Source: a virus
Strand: one strand, 5' to 3'
Virus record (IMG/VR): IMGVR_UViG_3300011008_000022
Length of the DNA stretch: 64,000 bases
Position numbers and translations under genes: made by a program. The notes under the pieces are model-generated. The model was not told the DNA's origin. It was given only the letters and a program-made list of their open reading frames with translations, and searched no databases. Below, one piece after another: positions 8,532 through 18,496 of the stretch (within the stretch, counting starts at the first letter, position 1; each line of letters opens with the position of its first letter).

Positions 8532-10169
8532 ATGAATGGACTACTCGAAATTCTGTCAACGAAGAAGTGGATGATCATGCCGGAGTACGTGCATGGCTCT
8601 CGCACCATGTGGGAACAGAACCTCAATGGTCATATCGCTTTGGAGTTTGACAAAAAGAAAAAGCCATACGCCATGCAGCTCACCAAGGCTTCTGAGGATG
8701 CTGCTCCCGAAATCAAGGAGTATCAGGTAACAGAGCAAGGTAAGGTGGAAAGCCGCTGGTGGATGGAAGACATGGATGCGCCTTTCGTAAACGTCATGCC
8801 GGTGGCAGGTCCTATCACCCGTGAAGGTGGTGCTTGCTCCTATGGCTCGATGGATCTCCGCGACTGGCTCATGGAGGCTGCAAATAACGAGTTCTGTAAG
8901 GCGCATGTATTCGTTATCAACTCGCCTGGTGGTTCTGCTTGGGCTATCAACGACTTCAAACAGGCTATCGACTATGCACACGAACGCGGACAGAAGGTGT
9001 ATGCTTTCGTCGATGGTCTCTGTGCCTCTGCTGCCATGTACCTGGCTTCTCAGTGTGACGAGGTTTATTACATGCACCCTAAAGACATGTTTGGCTCTAT
9101 CGGTGTCATGGCTGTGTTCTACACCGAAAAGAACGGTACGACCAACAAGTACACCAACGAGACGTTCCACGAACTCTACGACCCAGAGTCCTACGATAAG
9201 AATAAGTGGTACCGCGACCTCGCCGATGACCCGAAGAATGATAAGGTGCTCATCGACGAACTGAAAGAGGATGGTATTCAGTTCCGTGCCGACATTCAAA
9301 AGGCTTTCCCTGCTGCTAAGGAAGAGCATATCCATGGAAAGGTCTTCGAGGCTGAAAAGGTCAAGGGCATCCTTTGTGATGGTCAGATGACGCTTGGTGA
9401 GGTCATCACCCGTGCTTTCGAGGTGGCCAACGGCACCGCTACGCCGATTGAGCGCGTCGCTCCTGTCGCTCCTGAAGATGATGTACCCGAACAGGACCCT
9501 GCACCAGCAGCCGAAGCTGCCACCGCTGCCACTCCTGCCACGGATGCCACTGTGCTTGGTGGTTCTGCCACCGAGGGAGAAAAGAATAACCCTTTAAACA
9601 ACGAGAATATGAAACAGTACGAAAAGATTGCCACCGCATGTGGCGTAGATGAGCTGGTAGTGAACGCCGAGGGTGCTCACTTCGTGCCCGACATGCTCGA
9701 AGCACTTAACCAGACACTTGAGACAAATGCCAAGGAAAAGGCTGATGCTCAGACGTTGATCCAGAGCCTGAAGACACAGGTCGGCCAGGTTGAGACTACT
9801 AAGAACGATGCCGTCTCTGCTCGTGAGAAGGAATTGAACGATGCACACGAGCAAGCCATCAACACGCTCAAAGAGGAGCACACCACTGCACTCAATGCAG
9901 AGATTGCTGCTCGCGAGAAGGCTGAGAAGGAACTGAAAGAGGTGAAAGACCAACTGGCTACTGCTAACCAGACCATCACCGACCAGAAGGGACAGATTGA
10001 GCAACTGACAACGGCTGCTGCCGCTGTACCTGCCGGCTCTCCCGCTAACAATGGTCAGGGTGCTCAGGAGCAGAAGGTAGAGGGTGGTATGCCTGCATAC
10101 GACCACACCAAGTCGCCTCTGGAGAACCAGCGCATCCGTAAGGAGTACATGGCTAAGATCAGCGGCTAA
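8532..10169 (+). CDS. S49 (SppA/ClpP-fold) prohead protease fused to a coiled-coil scaffolding domain
   Basis: VFVINSPGGSAWAINDF...GLCASAAMYLASQCD...GSIGVM match S49 peptidase blocks. The C-terminal 185 aa are E/K/Q/A-rich and coiled-coil-like. The gene lies immediately upstream of the capsid candidate. Confidence 0.8.
   Translation: MNGLLEILSTKKWMIMPEYVHGSRTMWEQNLNGHIALEFDKKKKPYAMQLTKASEDAAPEIKEYQVTEQGKVESRWWMEDMDAPFVNVMPVAGPITREGGACSYGSMDLRDWLMEAANNEFCKAHVFVINSPGGSAWAINDFKQAIDYAHERGQKVYAFVDGLCASAAMYLASQCDEVYYMHPKDMFGSIGVMAVFYTEKNGTTNKYTNETFHELYDPESYDKNKWYRDLADDPKNDKVLIDELKEDGIQFRADIQKAFPAAKEEHIHGKVFEAEKVKGILCDGQMTLGEVITRAFEVANGTATPIERVAPVAPEDDVPEQDPAPAAEAATAATPATDATVLGGSATEGEKNNPLNNENMKQYEKIATACGVDELVVNAEGAHFVPDMLEALNQTLETNAKEKADAQTLIQSLKTQVGQVETTKNDAVSAREKELNDAHEQAINTLKEEHTTALNAEIAAREKAEKELKEVKDQLATANQTITDQKGQIEQLTTAAAAVPAGSPANNGQGAQEQKVEGGMPAYDHTKSPLENQRIRKEYMAKISG
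9609..10169 (+). CDS. candidate nested in-frame scaffolding protein (internal start)
   Basis: ATG 9609 is in frame with 8532. It is preceded by hairpin 9555-9575 and TAACCCTTTAAA (9587-9598), which together look like an intergenic junction. Confidence 0.35.
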   Translation: MKQYEKIATACGVDELVVNAEGAHFVPDMLEALNQTLETNAKEKADAQTLIQSLKTQVGQVETTKNDAVSAREKELNDAHEQAINTLKEEHTTALNAEIAAREKAEKELKEVKDQLATANQTITDQKGQIEQLTTAAAAVPAGSPANNGQGAQEQKVEGGMPAYDHTKSPLENQRIRKEYMAKISG

Positions 10170-10210
10170 AAATGAATTTCAAGTTATTAACCCTTTAAAA
10201 AATCAAAGTT

Positions 10211-11488
10211 ATGCCTAACAACAACAACGCACCTGAGTTCATCGGACGTGAGGCACTGACTCACGTAGCCGAGCAAGTAGGTAAGCAGATCGTTATGGGT
10301 CCTGCCTACGAAGATCCTGAGTTGCTCGACCGCCTCGGCATTCAGGTAATTTCTGGCGTTCAGTACAAGAAAACTGACCATCTGCTCGTCCGCAAGGGTG
10401 GCACTACCCGTCGTAAGAAGGTAGGTACACCTGTGGAGAACAAGATTGGTTTCTTGAAGGAGCGCACCCTGGTCGCAAAGCTGACCTGGAACCGTTACCG
10501 CGACAACATCGACAACTATGTTGAGACTGTCTTTGGTACCGACGGTAAGGCCGGTGGCGACTATCCTCTCTCTACGGTCGCATGTGAGGCCATCCTGAAG
10601 TCGTATGCCGAGGATTTGAAGTCTAACCTCTTCTTCGGTAACATGGAGTATGAGGAAGAGAATGACGAAGCCAAGCAGAAGCTCTCTCTCTACGATGGTT
10701 TCCACACCGACATTGCTCACGACATCGCAGATGGTATCATCAGCGAGACCAACGGCAACCTCATTCCTTGTGATGCTATCGGAGTTCCTGAAGACGCTCA
10801 TGACTCGACTCCTTTCGACACCGTTCTGGAGTGGTACACCAAGTGGGATGCTCGTCTGCGCTCTCAGAAGGTAATCAAGCTCCATTGTGACATTCTGCGC
10901 GGTATCTATATCGCCCAGGGTTACACTAACAAGTATCACGGCAATGCTAAGGTGAATTATTTGCCTAACGGCAACTTCACCGTGCCTGAGATGCCTCGTG
11001 TTGAGTTCTGTCCTTCTGACGCTTGGGGTGTTGGTACTCGTCTCATGGCGACTATTCCTAACAACCTCCAGTATGGCGTGGATTCTGAGAACAACCAGAC
11101 CTTCGTAAAGGTACAGTTCGGTTCTGACGACGATGCTCAGGATGTAATCTTCCAGATTCAGTCTATCCAGGGTACTCGTATCTTCAACCCATTGGCTTCT
11201 GCATTCGTTATCAGCGATGGTTCGATTGCCGAGAACGTCATCAATGGTGACTACGAGAACTCTAAGCTCGTCGTGAATATCGACGGTACTGGTACCGTTA
11301 AGGTGAATAACGAGGCTTATAACACGCCGCTGGAGTTCGCTCCTAACGCTATCGTAACGCTGAAGGCTATTCCTGGTAACAACCAGAAGTTTGTCTCTTG
11401 GAGCAACGGCAAGACCGACACTGAGATTTCTATCACAGCAACAGGTATGCCGATGGCTATCACCGCATTCTTCGCTCCTGACGAGTAA
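10211..11488 (+). CDS. major capsid protein candidate
   Basis: 425 aa ORF directly after the protease/scaffold gene, preceded by the TAACCCTTTAAA motif. Assignment rests on synteny and size only. Confidence 0.5.
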   Translation: MPNNNNAPEFIGREALTHVAEQVGKQIVMGPAYEDPELLDRLGIQVISGVQYKKTDHLLVRKGGTTRRKKVGTPVENKIGFLKERTLVAKLTWNRYRDNIDNYVETVFGTDGKAGGDYPLSTVACEAILKSYAEDLKSNLFFGNMEYEEENDEAKQKLSLYDGFHTDIAHDIADGIISETNGNLIPCDAIGVPEDAHDSTPFDTVLEWYTKWDARLRSQKVIKLHCDILRGIYIAQGYTNKYHGNAKVNYLPNGNFTVPEMPRVEFCPSDAWGVGTRLMATIPNNLQYGVDSENNQTFVKVQFGSDDDAQDVIFQIQSIQGTRIFNPLASAFVISDGSIAENVINGDYENSKLVVNIDGTGTVKVNNEAYNTPLEFAPNAIVTLKAIPGNNQKFVSWSNGKTDTEISITATGMPMAITAFFAPDE

Positions 11489-11567
11489 TCTCCTCTCTCA
11501 TAGTGCCCAGCCTCTCTCGGCTGGGTACTTATAAACACTAAACGTCAAATATTAAAATTTCAAGATT

Positions 11568-12137
11568 ATGGCTGATACAGTAACATGCCCTAACCTCGAC
11601 AACTACCTGAACGAGGAAAATTGCCTGGAGAATATCGGTGGTACCTCTGCGGTGGCTTACTACTTCGTGAAGTCTGACCTCCTCACACCACTCAAATTGA
11701 CGGGTAATACTTACTCTGTGCCTACGTTCAAGTCAGGTAAGGGTCTCTATAAGTTCGACCTGAAGGATGAGAGCCAGCAGATCCAAGGTGAGAGCCAGGG
11801 TCCCAACGGTGGCTATAACCTCACCTACAATGCTATCATCGAGGCGGTCAATAAGAAGACCTCTGAGCTGTCTCGTGCATTGAACAATCTGAATATCGGT
11901 ATCATCGTTCCTGATGGCAACACCGGCGACACGCAGATTATGTACGATCCTAACCGCCGCGTAAAGGCTGAACAGGGTGGTATTAAGTCCGACACGGGCG
12001 CTGCTACTTCTGATGACCGTCAGACTACACTGGAGTTCCACCTCAATGGTGTATTGTATGACAACCTCTATGTCACTGCTCCTGAAGATGGTTGGGATTC
12101 ACTCCTGGCTTCTGCTACTCCTGCAAATCCAGGATAA
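11568..12137 (+). CDS. hypothetical virion-module protein
   Basis: 189 aa ORF after the capsid candidate, followed by a terminator-like hairpin. Confidence 0.6.
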   Translation: MADTVTCPNLDNYLNEENCLENIGGTSAVAYYFVKSDLLTPLKLTGNTYSVPTFKSGKGLYKFDLKDESQQIQGESQGPNGGYNLTYNAIIEAVNKKTSELSRALNNLNIGIIVPDGNTGDTQIMYDPNRRVKAEQGGIKSDTGAATSDDRQTTLEFHLNGVLYDNLYVTAPEDGWDSLLASATPANPG

Positions 12138-12162
12138 TCTAAGGATTTCCCCTCATAAAAAG

Positions 12163-12192
12163 GTCCTGCCTCAATCGGTAGGGCTTTTTTTT
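12163..12192 (+). terminator. rho-independent terminator candidate
   Basis: GTCCTGCC-TCAATC-GGTAGGGC (stem includes G-U pairs) followed by T8. Confidence 0.55.
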
Positions 12193-12218
12193 GTCCCCAC
12201 CTCCAAAAAATTTTCCCC

Positions 12219-12226
12219 TATTTTTG
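12219..12226 (+). promoter_or_regulatory. -7 promoter box (TATTTTTG) inside the AATTTTCCCCTATTTTTG motif
   Basis: TAnnTTTG match. The same 18 nt motif recurs at 44282-44301. Confidence 0.45.
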
Positions 12227-12282
12227 CATCAACTTAATTCCGTATGCAGTGGATGTGCCGCTGTCTTAAAAACAAAAGTATT

Positions 12283-13485
12283 ATGATAACAAAAAATTTC
12301 ACTCAGATGTCAGCAGAGGAACGCAAAGCGTGGCTCGCTGATTACCAGAACTGGTATGCCGAAGATCTGCCTGCCATCGAAAAGGCGGGGGTTATCACGT
12401 CAGGCATACGTGAGAAAATTGAGAAGGGATTGAACCTTATTGCGGCTTTTCCTTTGTTCCGCTCTTTCGTCAACGAGGCCCTGCGCTTCAAAGACTATGC
12501 TGGTCGTAGAAAACTCATCCGTCGCTATGCGGATAAGATTACCGCTGACTTGAAGACATCGGTGCCTGCCGTGGATCTCACCGACCCTGCTCTTCTCGTT
12601 CCGCATGTAGGCCGTCCTACTAAGGAGGAAGCTGCTGCTCGTGCCGTCGCTGCAGAGAAAGAACGTCAGGAGAAAGAAGCGGCTGAAGAAACGCTATTCG
12701 GCAAAAAGGCCGACATCCCCACTATCGACGCTGCCGCTCCTGAGACGGTGGCTGGTTCTATGGGTGGTGGTACCATGTTGCACCTCGATCAGTTGAAGTG
12801 GCTCATGTCACCTGATTTGGCACAGGCCATCGAGACTATACGTGACCTGCGTACTCGACAGGAGAATGCGAATGCTACGGCTAAGGCTTTGGCTGTCGCT
12901 GGCAAACCTGAACAGGAGGTGGCACCGTATTCTGAGGAAGCAATACGTCTCACCAAACAGGTAGAGGGTATCTACGAACGGGTAGATGACGAAATGGCCA
13001 CGGTATATGTACGTCTCAAAGAGGACACGGCTTTCCGTGCGTCTATCGAGGCTCAGAAGGTCGATCCAAAGGCGCTCCGCACTACGCTTCGCCCCTATTG
13101 GGATAAGGTGGAGAACCAGGAGGCTTTCAAGGCTAAGGTTATCGAAATGATTAAGGAGTCCGACCCCGTACAAAAGGAGGCTCGCGAAAAGGCAGAAGCC
13201 AAGAAAAAGGCGGTCGATGATATCGTCAAGTACCTCCAGCGTAAGGATAAGGATAATACACCTAAGCGCATCGAGACCATGACTGCTCGTTATAACGAAC
13301 TGGTGGAACTTATCGGAGAAGAGGAAGCAAAGGCTTACCTCCCCGTGCTCGAAGCGGCCAAGGAGGATTGCGAAAAGAACATCAAACCGAAATTGGAGGC
13401 TGAACGTCTGGCTCGCGAGGCTAAGAAAGCCGAAAAGGAAGCGGCAAAAAAGGCTGCCAAAAAGGATGCCTCAAAAAAGGCTTAG
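12283..13485 (+). CDS. hypothetical K/E/A-rich coiled-coil protein
   Basis: Track ORF 12244-13485. ATG 12283 has the same hairpin-CTTAAAA-A-rich leader as other genes here, so it is preferred. Confidence 0.6.
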   Translation: MITKNFTQMSAEERKAWLADYQNWYAEDLPAIEKAGVITSGIREKIEKGLNLIAAFPLFRSFVNEALRFKDYAGRRKLIRRYADKITADLKTSVPAVDLTDPALLVPHVGRPTKEEAAARAVAAEKERQEKEAAEETLFGKKADIPTIDAAAPETVAGSMGGGTMLHLDQLKWLMSPDLAQAIETIRDLRTRQENANATAKALAVAGKPEQEVAPYSEEAIRLTKQVEGIYERVDDEMATVYVRLKEDTAFRASIEAQKVDPKALRTTLRPYWDKVENQEAFKAKVIEMIKESDPVQKEAREKAEAKKKAVDDIVKYLQRKDKDNTPKRIETMTARYNELVELIGEEEAKAYLPVLEAAKEDCEKNIKPKLEAERLAREAKKAEKEAAKKAAKKDASKKA

Positions 13486-13585
13486 TCCTCTGCTTCGTTA
13501 ATTGTTAGGCGATTGCATCGCCGTCATAAATAACCACCGTGCCCAACCGTTCTCGGCTGGGTCTTCTTACTTCTCACTTCTCATC

Positions 13586-14308
13586 ATGTCAAAACCATCG
13601 GAAAAATACTTTGATAAAGTGGAACGCTGGCTGTTAGGTGGCATCACCATCGAAAAGATGATAATGTCACCCGATCAGCGTTTTCGTGCGCTCCTCGCCT
13701 ATGAAGCGTACAAAATATGGCTGCAAGACAAACAGATACGGGCCACTGACATCATGCGACGTATCGCTGCCCGTGAATACCCTCTCCTGCTCAAAAAGGC
13801 TGCAGATGGCGATGCCAGGGCAATAGAGTATGTCGAAGCCATGAATATCCGGCCTGGTGTGCCTCGTACTCCTACTGAGACATCCAATGATGTGGCGCTC
13901 TTTAACCATATCATCGGACGCTTTGACGTGCCTACGGAGAATATCGAGAAGGCTAAGGTACAGGATGCGTCCGACTGGCTCATACGTGAGGGAATGAAGA
14001 TGGGCGACCCGCGTTCTGTCAAGTCTGGTGCCGACCTGAAGATGCAACTCAACAACAACTTCCAGGAGAAAGAGAACGCTGCCGAACAGATGCCGGAGGC
14101 TGAAATCAATATCACAGGCGATGTATCGGTTGTGAAGCGCGACCGTGTAAACTATACCGACGAGGAGAAAAAGAAGTTTGCCCGTCGCTATGGTCTCACG
14201 GACAAACAGGTGGTCAACATGATACAAAACTCTGACGGCACATGGCAGATGCCGGATGAGGAACCTGAACCAGAACCTGAAAAGGATATCTTTGACGAGA
14301 ACTTATAA
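13586..14308 (+). CDS. hypothetical protein (small terminase candidate by position only)
   Basis: The first ATG after hairpin 13542-13561 is at 13586. The gene lies immediately upstream of the large terminase. Confidence 0.3.
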   Translation: MSKPSEKYFDKVERWLLGGITIEKMIMSPDQRFRALLAYEAYKIWLQDKQIRATDIMRRIAAREYPLLLKKAADGDARAIEYVEAMNIRPGVPRTPTETSNDVALFNHIIGRFDVPTENIEKAKVQDASDWLIREGMKMGDPRSVKSGADLKMQLNNNFQEKENAAEQMPEAEINITGDVSVVKRDRVNYTDEEKKKFARRYGLTDKQVVNMIQNSDGTWQMPDEEPEPEPEKDIFDENL

Positions 14309-14310
14309 GG

Positions 14311-16305
14311 ATGGCCACAGAAAGACGTGATGTATATATGAACGCAATGCAGCAGCGCATCTACTACTCGAATGCGAGGGATGTGCGCCTGCTGGCTGCT
14401 CGACGATTCGGTAAGACGGACGGCTCCATAGGACCTCGTATCTATCGTGTCAGTCAGTCTATGCCTCGTGCTACTAACCTGTGGCTGGGTAACTCTCGTA
14501 AACAGCTCTATACACGTACTGTCCCTGGAACCATTGCGGCCATTGAGCGTTTTTTCAATATTCAGGAGGGACGGCACTTTGGATGGGGTAAACCGCCACG
14601 ATGGGTACAGAAACCTGTCATCACTCCTAAGACTTGGGATAACGTCATCTGGTTTGCTAATGGCACTATCTGGCAACTAATCTCACTCGCAGTCACAGGT
14701 TCGGCCAACTCTATCACGGCCAACAGTATCGTGGCGGATGAGTGTAAGTTTATGTCTAAGGCGAAAATCGACGGAGAAATCATGCCGGCACTGTCTGGTA
14801 TCGTACATCCGTTGGGCGACCCGTCTTTCTCGGATTCTAACCCGCTCTTTAAATCTACTTTCTTCGCTTCTGATGCTTCGCTCACGGCTAAGGGTAACTG
14901 GCTGGAGAAAGAAGAGGACAAACTGGATATGCACCCTGAAACGGGTCCCTATGCGAATAAGACGTATCGTGAGATACAAGCCATGCTCACTGACTATGCC
15001 GAACGTGTCATGTGGGCAAACGAACTGCTCCGTAATGCGAAGCGTGACGGCTGTGTGCCTATCCTCCTGCCGGCTGAACAGATAGCTGCTATCCAGGCGA
15101 AGGCTAAGATGATGATCAACCATGAGGGACCGTTTAAAATCTTGCCAAACTACGGCAAGCGCATCAATAAGGCCATGCTTGAAATGGCCGTCAACTATAA
15201 ACTGATTTCTCCTGATGAAGCGGAATTGCTTTTCTGCCATAAGTATCTCATTACTCCTGAACAGGATTTCGACATGATGATGATATCGGAGTCGAAACCC
15301 TACCAGCGTAAGATACGGGAATTGCAGTGTAATGCGTTCTGCTTTTGGAGGGCATCAAGTCTCGATAATATAGACATCCTTGGTGATTCCTATATAGCGA
15401 GAATGGCGCGTGACCTTCCGCCGGTCGTGTTCGCCATCAGTATTCTTAATAAGAAGATACAGAAGTCTAACGATGGCTTCTACTCCAATCTCGACATCGA
15501 GAATGTTCATGGCTATATTCCCGACGATTGCCCTGCCATCGATAAGAGCATCACCAAGAAAAAGGCTACGAGTGTGCTCAACGGTTCTGCCGTTGAAGAG
15601 GAATACGAGACACCTGACTTCTACGGATTGGGCAACCTGAAGGATTGCACACTCGATGGTGACGTGATGGATGCGCTGCCGTTGTATATCGCACTCGACT
15701 ACAATGCTAACATCAACTGGGTAGTCACGGGCCAACTGTATAAACGCGACAATCAGGAGTGCCTTAATGTCCTGTCTTCTATGTACGTGAAGTACGAACG
15801 TAAGTTGCGTGAACTGATGGCCGACTGGCATCATTACTATAAACCTCACCAGAAGAAAAATACTGAGGTAGTATTTTTCTATGATGCAACGGCTAAGTTT
15901 CGTGGCTATGCCTTGGAGGGTGCCGAGGACTTTAAGGATGTTGTAATATCTGAACTGACGAACTACGGCTGGAACGTCCGTGCTATCGATATGGGTGCGC
16001 CGGTAGAACATCAGCAGAAGTATAAGGATATCAACGAGTCTTTGGCTGGGGCTATCTATCCGGCTATCCGCATCAACCGTGAAAATAACGAGGCGCTGAT
16101 TGTGGCACTCACCACTGCCGAGGTGCAGATGTCCTATCGTGGCTTCCGCAAATGGAAAGCGGGTGAAAAGCTCTCTGAAAGCGAGGATGATTCTGTACGT
16201 CTCGAATACCGTACAGACGGCACGGATGCTTTCGACTCGCTATACATCGGATGCCGCTACCACCTCGCCAACATGTCCGGCATGTGTCTTCCCCTTGGAG
16301 ATTAG
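14311..16305 (+). CDS. terL: terminase large subunit
   Basis: Walker A-like LLAARRFGKTDG near the N-terminus and Walker B-like NSIVADECKF. The 664 aa size fits. Confidence 0.7.
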   Translation: MATERRDVYMNAMQQRIYYSNARDVRLLAARRFGKTDGSIGPRIYRVSQSMPRATNLWLGNSRKQLYTRTVPGTIAAIERFFNIQEGRHFGWGKPPRWVQKPVITPKTWDNVIWFANGTIWQLISLAVTGSANSITANSIVADECKFMSKAKIDGEIMPALSGIVHPLGDPSFSDSNPLFKSTFFASDASLTAKGNWLEKEEDKLDMHPETGPYANKTYREIQAMLTDYAERVMWANELLRNAKRDGCVPILLPAEQIAAIQAKAKMMINHEGPFKILPNYGKRINKAMLEMAVNYKLISPDEAELLFCHKYLITPEQDFDMMMISESKPYQRKIRELQCNAFCFWRASSLDNIDILGDSYIARMARDLPPVVFAISILNKKIQKSNDGFYSNLDIENVHGYIPDDCPAIDKSITKKKATSVLNGSAVEEEYETPDFYGLGNLKDCTLDGDVMDALPLYIALDYNANINWVVTGQLYKRDNQECLNVLSSMYVKYERKLRELMADWHHYYKPHQKKNTEVVFFYDATAKFRGYALEGAEDFKDVVISELTNYGWNVRAIDMGAPVEHQQKYKDINESLAGAIYPAIRINRENNEALIVALTTAEVQMSYRGFRKWKAGEKLSESEDDSVRLEYRTDGTDAFDSLYIGCRYHLANMSGMCLPLGD

Positions 16306-16344
16306 TCATTGTGCCCAGCCGTTTTCGGCTGGGCTTCCACCACT

Positions 16345-16371
16345 CCCAGCGCCTCTCCGCTGGGATTTTTT
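16345..16371 (+). terminator. hairpin plus T-tract
   Basis: CCCAGCG-CCTCTC-CGCTGGG followed by ATTTTTT. It is the second of two tandem hairpins after terL. Confidence 0.55.
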
Positions 16372-16397
16372 GTCCCACCCTCGTTACCCCTTCTTCG

Positions 16398-16405
16398 TAT
16401 CTTTG
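16398..16405 (+). promoter_or_regulatory. -7 promoter box (TATCTTTG)
   Basis: Part of the recurring cassette TTTTGTCCCACCCTCGT.AC...CTTCGTATCTTTG; also seen at 29598-29633, 38186-38222 and 63713-63749. Confidence 0.5.
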
Positions 16406-16428
16406 CCTAAAAATAAAACTTTCCGTAT

Positions 16429-17241
16429 ATGACTGAACTGCAATTTTCCTACGTCCACCCGAAATTCGTCTCAGACCAGTTTACGGGTAACAACACCATC
16501 GCTGTCTCCTATAGCAAGGAAGGCTACTACGTGGTGTCTATTGATGAGCTGCAAGAAAACAACTCCTGGATCCGTAAAGATTCGTTCTTTACTTACAAAG
16601 AAATCAGCTACGACTTTACCAAGGCTGAAGAGGGCAAACAGTATCGTTTGTCGGTATTCAAGAAACCTGCATCGGCTACGGTAACGGCTATCGAAGGCGG
16701 TGGTGGCGAAGTCGATGAAGAAAAGGTACGCGAAATCATTGATGAGACGGTTTCTGATGCTGGTAAGTCGGGACAGGCGGCTGACGTGAACCTGACGGCT
16801 ATCGTCGGACTGGTGGCAACTCAGGTGCAGGCGGCTATCGCAGAGCTGCTGGCTAAGATTATCGCCCTGGGTGCTGCTATCTCTTACGAGGGACAGGTGG
16901 AGGACTTTGCTCATCTGCCTGCATCGGGCATGAAGAAGGGTCACATGTATAACGTGGTGGATGCGAATGGTGACATTCCCGCTGGCACGAACTACGTGTG
17001 GAACGGTACACTATGGGACCCCATGGTGGGACAGATCGACCTATCTCCATTCTTGAAGTCTGCCGATGCTGCTACTACTTATGTGCCACTATCGGCTACT
17101 GCTACCAACAGTGGCGCTGACGTAACGCGTCTGCTGGCTATCAATGCCCAGGGAAAGGCTATATCTATCAATCCGTCGGTCATCGTCGATTACGTCATCA
17201 AGTCGCTGGCTGAATACGACGTGCTCGCTCTTCCTAAGTAA
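16429..17241 (+). CDS. hypothetical virion-module protein
   Basis: 270 aa ORF. No motif recognised. Confidence 0.65.
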   Translation: MTELQFSYVHPKFVSDQFTGNNTIAVSYSKEGYYVVSIDELQENNSWIRKDSFFTYKEISYDFTKAEEGKQYRLSVFKKPASATVTAIEGGGGEVDEEKVREIIDETVSDAGKSGQAADVNLTAIVGLVATQVQAAIAELLAKIIALGAAISYEGQVEDFAHLPASGMKKGHMYNVVDANGDIPAGTNYVWNGTLWDPMVGQIDLSPFLKSADAATTYVPLSATATNSGADVTRLLAINAQGKAISINPSVIVDYVIKSLAEYDVLALPK

Positions 17242-17288
17242 TGGCCACTGTGCCCAGCCGCTCTCGGCTGGGTCTTAAAAGCAAAAGT

Positions 17289-18473
17289 ATGAAACAACTC
17301 CAAAACTCACAACCGTTTGCTGTCTCTACGACTTTCCGACCGCTAAACACGGCCATGAAAATTGTGATACTGGGGGGCATGTCGTCGCTCCAGTTCTATA
17401 GACAGACTACCCAGGAGTGGCTGCCGGACCATACTGTTGCGCCGGTCATCGATGCACATGGGCAACAGACGGATGGCACACTCCGACTGAAAGCGGAATA
17501 TACCATCTATGATGTGGATGAGAACCTGGATGTGCAGAGCATCGTGCCTCAGATATACTGGTATATCAATGATACGCAGGTAACGACAACTGACACAACG
17601 GCTGACTATTACCTGGTGGGTGATCTGCTCTATGTCCGAAAGAACTTCACACATCAGAATGGTGTCAAGGTCTATTGTGAATGCCGCTTCGTAGATACGC
17701 GTACTTCTGCGCCTCAGATCATGTCTGATACGCTTTCGCTGTCAGCAGTCTTGCAGGCTGACGAACAGTGGAGTATCAACATCCTCTGTGACCGTACCCG
17801 TAAGCACTTCCCGCTGTCTGCTGCTTCCACCATCTATACTTTCGAGGCTGAAGCACGACTGGGTGGTGTGGATAAGACGGCTCAGGTGGCATGGTTCTGG
17901 GACTACTCGCTGAATAATGGTTCTACATGGCTGACTATCGGGGATGATTGCCTCTGGTATGTCAACGGTAAGAACAGTGCAACACTGGCGGTCGATATGG
18001 ACTTCATAGAGGATCTTTTGGTCCGCTGCCGTATCGGTGTCACCAACGGCACTTCAACGGCTGCTCCTGACATCCACAACGAGGCTACGGCTTCTATCGC
18101 ATGGCGCTTTCCAAAGATACTGCCTACGGTATTCTCCTATGGTGGCAATCGTGTGTTCCCTGAGACGGCATGGATGACATTCGGCATGATGGTGCATGTG
18201 GCTAAACATAACGACATGACTCCTGAACAGAAGCGTCATTGGCTCATGCCTAACTGGGGCATACGTCAGCAAGGGTCAACAGATAATCCTGAAATGCTCG
18301 GAGAATATGGATTGGAGGTTACGGTGCCTGGTTATCGCTTGTTCAACACACTCGGCGTTAAATATCTCGTTGACCCCTATGTATCTCTACGCACGGTATA
18401 TGATGTGCTTGCTGATGAAGACGGAGAACTGATACAGCTGTCAGACGGCAATACCATCGCCATTCGTACATAA
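17289..18473 (+). CDS. hypothetical virion-module protein
   Basis: Track ORF 17241-18473. The first 16 codons read through hairpin 17253-17272; ATG 17289 follows a 16 nt spacer. Confidence 0.65.
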   Translation: MKQLQNSQPFAVSTTFRPLNTAMKIVILGGMSSLQFYRQTTQEWLPDHTVAPVIDAHGQQTDGTLRLKAEYTIYDVDENLDVQSIVPQIYWYINDTQVTTTDTTADYYLVGDLLYVRKNFTHQNGVKVYCECRFVDTRTSAPQIMSDTLSLSAVLQADEQWSINILCDRTRKHFPLSAASTIYTFEAEARLGGVDKTAQVAWFWDYSLNNGSTWLTIGDDCLWYVNGKNSATLAVDMDFIEDLLVRCRIGVTNGTSTAAPDIHNEATASIAWRFPKILPTVFSYGGNRVFPETAWMTFGMMVHVAKHNDMTPEQKRHWLMPNWGIRQQGSTDNPEMLGEYGLEVTVPGYRLFNTLGVKYLVDPYVSLRTVYDVLADEDGELIQLSDGNTIAIRT

Positions 18474-18496
18474 TAACCCTTTAAATAAAAACAACA

